Assembly (NCBI GenBank): GCA_030616835.1
Contig: JAUWWP010000001.1
Coordinates: 1 to 34,014, forward strand
From: Deltaproteobacteria bacterium
Lineage (GTDB): Bacteria > Desulfobacterota > G020345765
Length of the DNA: 34,014 bases
Direction: 5' to 3'
Below are positions 1 to 7,958 of this stretch, piece after piece. The stretch's first letter is position 1, and each line of letters opens with the position of its first letter. Made by a program: the position numbers and the translations under genes. Below the pieces are notes generated by a model. It was not told where the DNA came from and did not search any database. It saw only the letters and a list, made by a program, of their open reading frames with translations.

Positions 1-3
1 ATC

Positions 4-68
4 CTGGATAGCCGGGGCTTTTCCATTCTCCGTAGTACTACGAAGGATGAACAAGCCCCGGTATTTAG
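4..68. repeat. intergenic palindromic repeat unit (CTGGATAGCCGGGGCTTT ... CCCCGGTATTTAG family)
   Basis: CTGGATAGCCGGGGCTTT (4-21) and CCCCGGTATTTAG (56-68) recur almost contiguously at 24473-24507. The CCGGGGCTT/AAGCCCCGG arms can pair. Confidence 0.5.
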
Positions 69-96
69 TCGTCTCAGGCGGGCAACCTATCCGTTT

Positions 97-924
97 ATGA
101 ATAGAAAAGAGAAGATCAAGCGGGCAAAGATCTCATGGTATTCCCGTAAGGAATGCGTGGACCGATACTATCAGGATAGGTTCGTTCAGCCCCTGGGGGC
201 GATCCGGGATGTGGTGGAGAAAAAGATTGTCCTCAGTAATGTCAAGGGAAAGGTTCTGGATGGAGGCTGCGGGCCCGGGCGTTTGGCGCTGCAGATTGCC
301 GGGAAAGGGCTCGAAGTTATCGGCGTTGATGCCTCTCGGGAGATGTTAAATTATGCAGATAAGGAAGCAGAGAAAAAAGGTTTGGGTAATGTTAAATTTG
401 AAAATGCAGATATCCAGTATTTACCTTTTGCCGATAGCAGCTTTGATTCGGTAGTATCGGTCCATGTTCTTTTCCACCTCCCCCAATGGAGGGAGATCCT
501 TGGGGAGTTTGTCCGGGTAGTTAAGCCGGGAGGGAGGCTAATTGTTGAACTGGTGAGCGGTGATTATGAAGGCTTTGTTGCCCGATATAATCCCTTAAAA
601 TATTTAAGAAAGTTATTCGGCCTCTCCCCCAGGATCGCTCCGGAAATAAATCCTGACCAGGATTATTATGCTCGGGTTTACCTGAAGGAGTGTAAGGAGG
701 TATTAGCTATCGCCGGGGCAAAATTTATAAGAAAATATTCTTTTGATCTGCCCAACTCGATCTGGTTCAGGAATAGATTTTTCGGGGGAGAAAAACTGGT
801 CAGTAAGCTCTTAGCATTTAAACCGTTCTTCTGGCTGGTCTACTTTTTAGAGCTTTGGGTCTTTCGCTACCTGCCTACAGCTTTCGCTCCCCGATATTTT
901 GTTATTGCCAAGAAGCAGAAGTAA
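97..924 (+). CDS. class I SAM-dependent methyltransferase (Methyltransf_11-like)
   Basis: 275-aa ORF with ATG start. Motif I VLDGGCGPGRLA, followed by VIGVDAS and an acidic post-II region. Hydrophobic C-terminal tail. Confidence 0.85.
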   Translation: MNRKEKIKRAKISWYSRKECVDRYYQDRFVQPLGAIRDVVEKKIVLSNVKGKVLDGGCGPGRLALQIAGKGLEVIGVDASREMLNYADKEAEKKGLGNVKFENADIQYLPFADSSFDSVVSVHVLFHLPQWREILGEFVRVVKPGGRLIVELVSGDYEGFVARYNPLKYLRKLFGLSPRIAPEINPDQDYYARVYLKECKEVLAIAGAKFIRKYSFDLPNSIWFRNRFFGGEKLVSKLLAFKPFFWLVYFLELWVFRYLPTAFAPRYFVIAKKQK

Positions 925-945
925 TAATAAACCATAGATACAAAA

Positions 946-2025
946 ATGAATGTCCTGCATATTAACTTTGATGTTGATAGCCAGATGGCGTATTGGGTGG
1001 GTGGAGTACCTTCGGTAGTTCAGAATATCCTGAAATATACCAAGAGTGAAGACCTGCATCATTTTCTTTTAACTGCGGATTGTAGATATTCGGAGTATAA
1101 GCGGGAAAATGATGTCCATATAGTTCCTTGCCAGAGATCCAGAAGGAACAGGTTTCTGGCGAATCCGGCTAATATGTTGAGCATTCTCAGAGGAATAGAT
1201 ATCGTTCATTTCCATCACCCGGTAAAAAAGAAATTAAGTCTTTGGATAAAGCTACTGAAGCCAAGATTGAGGATAATTGAGACAATCTATTCAAGGCCGG
1301 TGAGGGATTATTCCTTGAGTAATATTCTGGTTGATCAAACCATAGCAATTGATAATGACTTATATGAGCATCTACTTAGCCGGGGGTTCCCCCGGAAAAG
1401 GCTTTCTTTAGTCGGAATTATCCCGGATTTCGATCGGTATAACTTTAGTAATTATGAACCAGAAAGGAAAGTAGGCGGGTTAAAGATATGGTTTTCGGCC
1501 GGGGCACGGAAAGAAATGGGCCTATTTTACCTGTTAGAGGAGATAAAGGAGATAAATAGCTCACCGGAGCTGGGCAAGCGGTTTGAATTTATAATATCAA
1601 TCGCCGACCATCCGGGGCTAAAAGCGGTAAAAGGGGAGGTCGAGAAGATAATAAGCTCATACGGGTTAAACAATGTAAGGTTAACCGGATGGTTCGAAGA
1701 TGTTCCGAGATTTATGAATTCAGTAGATATTGTTGTCTTTCCCATTATTGATCACCGGGATAAAATGAACACCCCGCTAATGATGCTGGAGGCAATGCTG
1801 ATGAAAAAGTTAATCATTTCTACCCCAACCGGGGGAATACCAGAGGTGATTGATAGGAAGAATGGGATTCTATTTAACCAGAAGGGGCAATCACTTCGTG
1901 ACGTTTTACAAAAAATTGATCTGAATAGTATCCCATTGCTACAAGAGAGGGCAAGGGAGACAGTTTTAAAGAAGTTTTTGCCTGAAAAAAAGAGGCTGAC
2001 TAATCTCTATTTTGGATTAAAGTGA
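946..2025 (+). CDS. GT-B fold glycosyltransferase (GT4/GT1-like)
   Basis: 359-aa ORF starting 22 nt after the previous gene. C-terminal LEAMLMKKLIISTPTGGIPEVI resembles the E-x7-E sugar-donor motif of Glycos_transf_1 enzymes. Confidence 0.7.
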   Translation: MNVLHINFDVDSQMAYWVGGVPSVVQNILKYTKSEDLHHFLLTADCRYSEYKRENDVHIVPCQRSRRNRFLANPANMLSILRGIDIVHFHHPVKKKLSLWIKLLKPRLRIIETIYSRPVRDYSLSNILVDQTIAIDNDLYEHLLSRGFPRKRLSLVGIIPDFDRYNFSNYEPERKVGGLKIWFSAGARKEMGLFYLLEEIKEINSSPELGKRFEFIISIADHPGLKAVKGEVEKIISSYGLNNVRLTGWFEDVPRFMNSVDIVVFPIIDHRDKMNTPLMMLEAMLMKKLIISTPTGGIPEVIDRKNGILFNQKGQSLRDVLQKIDLNSIPLLQERARETVLKKFLPEKKRLTNLYFGLK

Positions 2026-2038
2026 GCCATTATCCTAA

Positions 2039-3622
2039 ATGAGCAGCCAACTTTTTAAAAAAATAAGTCATTTCATTCGGCAGCGGGGAGTTATCTTACT
2101 AATGATCCCCATCGCTGCTATGTACCTTTTGACTCTCAATAATCACTGGATACCAGAGTGGGATAGTGTAATCTACATTTCTCTGGCCAAATCACTTGCT
2201 GCCGGAGAGGGTTACAAATATACGGGATTCTTCTATGTGCCATATCCTTTTTATCCTTTTGCTTTTCCGCTGCTTTTATCCCCCACCGTGCATTTTTTCG
2301 GAGTGAATTTTTTGCTTATGAGATTATTAATAGTAATTATGGGAATTTGTTCAATCGGGCTGGTGTATTTAATGTTTAGGGAGCTATTTAAGGACAGATG
2401 GTTGGGGATTTCAATTATGCTGCTTACCGCCTGCTCATACTCGCTTCTTTCATTTACCAGGCACATAATGTCTGAGGTTCCTTATCTGTTTTTCTCGCTC
2501 CTCAGCATAATTTTCATTGATAAATACCGGGGTGAGAAAAGTTACCTGACCAAAAATGCGCTAATCGGAACCCTGTTTTTGCTGCTTACTTACTTTACGA
2601 GAATGGCAGGTATATCATTAGTCGGCGCTTCGGTTCTCTCCCTATTTTTTGGAAATAACCAGCGGAAGAATTTAGCTCTAAACTTTAAGAAGGCAGGATT
2701 GGTGGGGCTGATATTTATCATTTTCGCTTCTGCCTGGATGATCAGAAATCATTTGACGAAAGAGCCTTTTCTCTCCGGAACAAAGGAAGGGCTCGGTTAC
2801 CGGCACGATTTAATTTCAGTGGAACTATATAATCCTCATTCGGAGACTATCGGTATTAAGGATTTTTCCATAAGGATCCGTGATGGCATAAGTTATTATG
2901 GAGGACTACTGCCTCGAATGGTCGTCCAGAGGCCTCCTCGAACATTTCTAATTGCTAAGCTTCTGACCCTTTTTATAATTCTTTGGGGATTTATCTATTG
3001 TAGTTTTAAGCGAAGGGGGATAAGCGAGTACTATTTCTTTCTATATATAACTATGTATATCCTGTGGCCACATAGAATTGGGTCAAGATTTCTGATCCCC
3101 CTCATTCCTTTTATCTTTTATTATTTTATTACTGGTATCCGGGAAGCTTTAAACTTGTTGGCAAGCAAAATTTCAAACCAGGAAAAATTTGCCAAAGTAT
3201 TGAATAAGCCGGCCCTTACTTTTATTGTTTTCGCTTTAATATTTTATTATTTGCCTGCAGATATAAAAATTATCAAAGAAGAGCGCACCCATACCTATTA
3301 TACTAAAGGAAAGGCTGACTTTATGGAGCTGATTAAATGGGTAAAAGAGAATACACCTCCCGAGGCGGTGATTATTAGTAATAACGCTCAATTAGTATAT
3401 TTCTTGTCGCAAAGAAAAACATTTTTCTTCCCCTGGGGAAATGACAAAAAAGAGATTATGAAATCAATTTATAAATACGGGATTGATTACGCCTTTATCA
3501 ACCCGGGCATAGGTCATACAAAAAAATATCTCCTACCGATAATTCAAAGTAATGTTAATAGATTTGAGCTGGTGCACCAGAATGAGAGTGGATTGGTATA
3601 TCGGGTCAAACCCGAAGGGTAG
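2039..3622 (+). CDS. GT-C fold integral-membrane glycosyltransferase (ArnT/PMT_2, GT39/GT83-like), paralog 1
   Basis: 527-aa multi-pass hydrophobic protein. First-loop acidic motif IPEWDSVIYISLAKSLAAGEGY, then a soluble C-terminal domain. Paralog of 10311-11888. Confidence 0.7.
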   Translation: MSSQLFKKISHFIRQRGVILLMIPIAAMYLLTLNNHWIPEWDSVIYISLAKSLAAGEGYKYTGFFYVPYPFYPFAFPLLLSPTVHFFGVNFLLMRLLIVIMGICSIGLVYLMFRELFKDRWLGISIMLLTACSYSLLSFTRHIMSEVPYLFFSLLSIIFIDKYRGEKSYLTKNALIGTLFLLLTYFTRMAGISLVGASVLSLFFGNNQRKNLALNFKKAGLVGLIFIIFASAWMIRNHLTKEPFLSGTKEGLGYRHDLISVELYNPHSETIGIKDFSIRIRDGISYYGGLLPRMVVQRPPRTFLIAKLLTLFIILWGFIYCSFKRRGISEYYFFLYITMYILWPHRIGSRFLIPLIPFIFYYFITGIREALNLLASKISNQEKFAKVLNKPALTFIVFALIFYYLPADIKIIKEERTHTYYTKGKADFMELIKWVKENTPPEAVIISNNAQLVYFLSQRKTFFFPWGNDKKEIMKSIYKYGIDYAFINPGIGHTKKYLLPIIQSNVNRFELVHQNESGLVYRVKPEG

Positions 3623-3656
3623 TATATGAGTGGATTAACCAGGATCTTAAGCGAAG

Positions 3657-4949
3657 ATGCTCAAGAAAGGTCACGGGAAATTGCTAAATAATTGGGAGGA
3701 GACCCAACCAAACTCTACCCGAAAATGGCTGTTCCGAGTCGTTTTGGCAGGCTTTGTCATTCTCATTTGCGAATTGGTTCTCTACTTCTTATCCTGGATC
3801 TCTCCCCGGGTCAATGGCCTCCTTTCCCCTACTGGACCTCCCCGAATTGATATGACAATAAAGGACGAGAGGTTAGGCCACCGACCGAACCCGGTCTATC
3901 CAGATCATGATGACTGGGGATTTCGTAACAGGGAGGTCCCGGAACGCGCCTTTCTCGTTGTCCTGGGAGATTCTCAAACATACGGAGTAGGTGTTTCACG
4001 CAAGCAGACTTGGCCCCAACAGCTTGGAAGGCTCATCGGTCGAACCGTTTACAACATGGCCTTTGGCGGTTATGGTCCAGCTCATAATCTGATTTATTGG
4101 GAAGATGCCCTTTCTCTCCAGGCAAAGATGGTAATAGTTACTTTCTATACCGGCAATGATCTCTACGATTCTTACAACCTAATTTACAATAGTGATGTGC
4201 TTCGGAATATGAGAGCAGTGGACAGTAAGCTAATTGAGGAACTAAGTAAGGCCGAGGCATTGGCTAATAAGGTTACCGGGCCAGTTACGATTGTCAGAAG
4301 CATAGAGAGCAAACAGCCACTGCGTCACGGCTTCCTTAGAGAGTTTATTATCGAATATTCTAAGCTCTATGGTATGCTCCGAACGGCAAAGCGCGTTTTC
4401 TCGAAACTTCGCAATTCCCTGTCAAATCAAGCCAAAGACAAGAATTGGCTGCTGCAAAAGAAGGAGGCTCTCGAACTTCCGGATCACGGTTTAGTAATTG
4501 AGTCTGATAAGTTCCGAACGATTTTAACTTCAAAGTATCGCTTACGTGTGCTGGATCAGAGCGACCCTCGTATCAGAGAGGGCCTAAGAATCTCCTTGGA
4601 AGTGATCCATCGGATGCACAGGAGAGCACAGAAACTTGGAGTCGAGTTTATGGCTGTGCTCATACCCACAAAAGAACTGGTCTTCCTTCCCCTCGTCGAG
4701 AAAATATGGTCAGATACACCTAAAATTTATACCCAGCTTGTAACGAATGAAGAAATAACCCGAAAGGCCACGAAAGAATTTTTGGAAAAATCTTCCATTC
4801 CCTATGTTGATACTCTGATATCTCTCCGGCAATGTCTGAAAAGGGGTAACCAACCCTACCAGGCTTCCCGCGATGGGCATCCAAATAAGATTGGGCATCG
4901 TGCGATCGCCGAACAGATTGCCTTAGAAATAGGGAGGAAGAAGCCCTGA
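3657..4949 (+). CDS. membrane-anchored SGNH/GDSL-family hydrolase or acyl-transferase, paralog 1
   Basis: 430 aa with one N-terminal TM helix (WLFRVVLAGFVILICELVLYFLSWI). SGNH blocks VVLGDSQTYG, GGYGP, GNDLYD and DGHPNKIGH. About nine in ten residues match 11929-13215 by eye. Confidence 0.7.
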   Translation: MLKKGHGKLLNNWEETQPNSTRKWLFRVVLAGFVILICELVLYFLSWISPRVNGLLSPTGPPRIDMTIKDERLGHRPNPVYPDHDDWGFRNREVPERAFLVVLGDSQTYGVGVSRKQTWPQQLGRLIGRTVYNMAFGGYGPAHNLIYWEDALSLQAKMVIVTFYTGNDLYDSYNLIYNSDVLRNMRAVDSKLIEELSKAEALANKVTGPVTIVRSIESKQPLRHGFLREFIIEYSKLYGMLRTAKRVFSKLRNSLSNQAKDKNWLLQKKEALELPDHGLVIESDKFRTILTSKYRLRVLDQSDPRIREGLRISLEVIHRMHRRAQKLGVEFMAVLIPTKELVFLPLVEKIWSDTPKIYTQLVTNEEITRKATKEFLEKSSIPYVDTLISLRQCLKRGNQPYQASRDGHPNKIGHRAIAEQIALEIGRKKP

Positions 4950-4972
4950 GTGAGTGATCAGAATTAAAATAA

Positions 4973-5479
4973 TTAAAATGGTACTTCATAATCACCAACA
5001 TTTTTTATGTTAAAAATTTCACAGAATTTATCTGCCATTCTATTTCCTATATATTCATAAAACATGATCATGGAATAATGCCCAACCGGAAGGACGATTC
5101 TGTCTGGTTTACCCATATCCTGCCATAGCCGCTCAGATGTGGATGGGGGCATCACCCGATCAAAAGCTGCATCTATCATTAAGAAATTTCTTGGATTTAG
5201 CCTGTGCGCTAACGTTAGTGGATCAATTTCTTCTGTGTACGCCGCAACATACTCGCCAAATTGCTCAAGACAAATTTGCTCTTCTTGCATAGACGCCTCC
5301 CTTTATCCTCTCATCAACTCCAGCAATCAGGCTTGCAACAAGCGCTACCATACTTACCCCGGTGACACCAAGCTTATCTTTATCAATCTCATGCTGCTCG
5401 ATTAACCAACCAAGCCCGCGTCTGCCATCTGTCACCATTTGTTTAAATGCAGCTTTAATGTCATCTAAGTTACCTTTAA
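4973..5479 (-). pseudogene. alpha/beta-hydrolase (dienelactone-hydrolase-like) remnant, frameshifted and interrupted by the IS
   Basis: Two overlapping minus-strand ORFs in different frames (5265-5495 and 4973-5290). They carry a nucleophile-elbow-like GVTGVSMVA, then an Asp (MIDAAFDRV) and a His (PVGHYS). The upstream frame runs straight into the IS left end at 5480. Confidence 0.6.
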
Positions 5480-7295
5480 CCTGAATTATGCACAAAATAT
5501 GTTTTTTTAAACAATCATGTGCATAAAATTTTATGCATCTATTTAGTCTGCTTTTAAAATCTCAATAAAAAACAGATCATTATCTATTCAATTCTTCTGT
5601 TTGATTATAATTTAGGTAGGTAAGCTGATTTGAAAATATACTTCTCCCCAATCCTGCAACTTCTCTGCTTATTTCCTAAAAGGTTTTTCCGTTCCCCCAA
5701 CTTATCAATTTTCAAAGAACAAACTTAGTCTTTACCTACCGAAAGACTGATATTGGTGTTTTAAACACCGGGAGAAACCGCTCTCCTTGCCTTCGGACTT
5801 GGCGTAAGCGGTGCATCAGGGCGTGGAATTTCTCTTTATACTGATAATGATCGCTGTAACATATTCTGGTTCGCCCGGAATGGCTGATTATCTTAGCGGC
5901 AAGGAAAATATACTTTAATCTGGCGGTAGATAACATCGTGCGTTTATAGACCTCACCTTCCTCAACGTTGAAAAGCATTAACCAACGATTAAAATTATAG
6001 GCCAGCATGGCCAGAAGAAAGAAGTTCATATTAGCAATGAAATTCCTTGAGGGAACTGAGGCAACGCCAGCATCGTTATTGGCCTCCTTGATCAGGTTCT
6101 CGGCATCTGCCCGGCCATCATAGAAATTCATCAATCTCAGAGGGGAGCCTTTTATATTGGTTACGAAAACCCGATAAGTATATTGCTCAGTCTCAAAAAG
6201 CTGGTATTGCTCCTGGGGCTCCTCCTCTTTTTTAAAGCGCACGGACACAAATCGCTCCGGCACCGCCCAACCAACAGGCTGATAGAAAAACTCCGTAACC
6301 CCCTCGGTATCCTTGGCCCTCTCCCACCTGACATTGTTAAGCTTATGCTTAAGCCGGGAGGTCTTTTGCGCCACAATTATGAACTCAGCTTCCTCTTGCT
6401 TGTAAGCCTCCACCGCCTCTTTGCAGTATAAGCCTGCATCAGCTCGGCTCCTTACCCGCTTAACCTGAGGGGGTAGAGAGGCAAATGCTTCATGGATATG
6501 CCTGGCGATCTCCTCTCCCGTGAGATTATCTCCACTGCGTTGCCTTCCCGTAATATACTCCCCGGTCTCGGAGATAAAAGATAGGATAGGTTGGTAGCTC
6601 TTTTTCCCTCTGTGCTTGGGGTTATAACCCCTCCTTCCCCCAGCCTGCTTGCCATAGATAGTATTTACGGTGGTGTCTGTATCTATAGTGATGCGAGAAA
6701 ACCCTATGTTGGCAGCATCCCAAACCCGACCGAGCATCTCCTGGTTGACCCTCTTTAACTGAACTACATTGAATATCCTCAATGATTGCAAAAATCTCCA
6801 AAAGGTGCTCTGAACCGGAAGGCAGGCTACATGTAACATGCCCGTAATAATAGGATCCAATGAGATATGAACCATATGGTTTAACCGGTCAAGACCGAGG
6901 TAAAGGGCCAAGAGAATGGAGAGAATGAACTGATAAACCCCCATTGACTTTGGCTTTCTATGAACTATAACAACCTCCTCTATAAGCTCCTTGAACCTCA
7001 ATTTCTCCAGCATTGTGGCCAGGGGTAACAACCCCCCAAAAGGGGTCAACTGCTTACCCTTAAAATCATAAGGGGTGGAAGCCTTTATTTTCCTTATCCC
7101 TCCACCCCTTCCTCCAAATACTTGATTTTTGTGGCTCTTGTTGGTATTCTTATTTCGTTTGGTAACCATTTGGGTTCCTCCTCTGGTTTGTAATGCGGTA
7201 AATTTTGTTGTTGTCAAATCCAGTTTATACCGCATCCAGAGGAGGTTCTCAAGTGGTTACCGGACAATTTCTATCCTTTCAGTGCATAATTCAGG
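5480..7295 (-). mobile_element. IS1380-family insertion sequence, apparently intact (1816 bp)
   Basis: Perfect 14-bp terminal inverted repeats: CCTGAATTATGCAC (5480-5493) and GTGCATAATTCAGG (7282-7295). Ends begin with CC. Flanked by a 5-bp direct repeat TTTAA (5475-5479 and 7296-7300). Single transposase ORF inside. Confidence 0.85.
5736..7169 (-). CDS. IS1380-family DDE transposase
   Basis: ITIDTDTTVNTIYGKQAGGRRGYNPKHRGKKSYQPILSF...RQRSGDN matches the IS1380-type DDE_Tnp_1_4 signature. The ATG at 7169 has GGAGGA 7 nt upstream, although the longest ORF extends to 7235. Confidence 0.85.
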   Translation of the reverse strand: MVTKRNKNTNKSHKNQVFGGRGGGIRKIKASTPYDFKGKQLTPFGGLLPLATMLEKLRFKELIEEVVIVHRKPKSMGVYQFILSILLALYLGLDRLNHMVHISLDPIITGMLHVACLPVQSTFWRFLQSLRIFNVVQLKRVNQEMLGRVWDAANIGFSRITIDTDTTVNTIYGKQAGGRRGYNPKHRGKKSYQPILSFISETGEYITGRQRSGDNLTGEEIARHIHEAFASLPPQVKRVRSRADAGLYCKEAVEAYKQEEAEFIIVAQKTSRLKHKLNNVRWERAKDTEGVTEFFYQPVGWAVPERFVSVRFKKEEEPQEQYQLFETEQYTYRVFVTNIKGSPLRLMNFYDGRADAENLIKEANNDAGVASVPSRNFIANMNFFLLAMLAYNFNRWLMLFNVEEGEVYKRTMLSTARLKYIFLAAKIISHSGRTRICYSDHYQYKEKFHALMHRLRQVRRQGERFLPVFKTPISVFR

Positions 7296-7386
7296 TTTAA
7301 GAAGGTCTCTTTTGCCTTCAAAGCCAAGTTAGACAAATTTGTCTATCGGGGTTTACTTCGATACTCCCTTGTGTTAAGTTTTTCAT
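7296..7386 (-). pseudogene. possible 5' end of the IS-disrupted alpha/beta-hydrolase gene
   Basis: On the minus strand AAGGAAG precedes an ATG at 7386 (MKNLTQGSIEVNPDRQICLTWL*). With the IS removed and one TTTAA kept, the hydrolase frame continues only 12 codons upstream before a stop. A further frameshift is therefore needed. Confidence 0.3.
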
Positions 7387-7412
7387 GTTGTATCTTCCTT
7401 GCTCCCTTTGGA

Positions 7413-7440
7413 GTAGGGGCAATTCATGAATTGCCCCTAC
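7413..7440. repeat. perfect 28-bp palindrome GTAGGGGCAATTCA|TGAATTGCCCCTAC
   Basis: Exact self-complement read directly. It lies in the spacer between the hydrolase relic and the barrel-gene fragment. Confidence 0.8.
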
Positions 7441-7456
7441 TGCCGGAGAGATAAGT

Positions 7457-7792
7457 TTGAAAAAAGTGAAAAATATCGTAATCGCACTTCCCGCATCATT
7501 CCTGATAGTGGCTTTGCTCTGCGAGGCTTCGGCAAATGCAATATCAATAGAGGGGACAGAACCAATAATAATCGAAAAGAAATACCTTGAGATTCTACCC
7601 CACGGAAGGACGACCGGTTCAATATTTGAGAACTGGCTTACCCCGGTAGTCTTCCTGCCCGTCGAGACCGGGGGCTTGAGCCGGGTGGACTCCCCGAGAT
7701 TCAGTTGCCGGGGAATAAGCTGGGTTGAACAGAACTGGATTTTGAATGGAGTTGACATAACCGACCCATTTCTCTATTTTGGGTTAAAGTGA
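7457..7792 (+). pseudogene. 5' fragment of the TonB-dependent-receptor-like barrel gene fused to the last codons of the GT gene
   Basis: 7457-7771 is about nine-in-ten identical to 13212-13526 (signal peptide and start of plug). From 7772 the sequence switches to ...LYFGLK* plus GAGCCACTGTCCTAAAT, which matches 2005-2040. Confidence 0.8.
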
Positions 7793-7958
7793 GCCACTGT
7801 CCTAAATAGGAAGGGATATTAATTTAACAAGCGTTTTATTATTGTTTCTGAGTTCATCGCATAGATGAGTTCAAGGTATTAGGCAACTTTTTAGAGGAAT
7901 GAGTGACTTGAGCATGCGGGAGGATGAATGGTAAATTAAGATACGAAAGGGGGGTCTT

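Noticed and set aside
4973-5495. Programmed frameshift in the alpha/beta-hydrolase gene
   Set aside because: There is no slippery heptamer at the 5265-5290 overlap. The gene also lacks an intact N-terminus and is interrupted by the IS, so decay explains it more simply.
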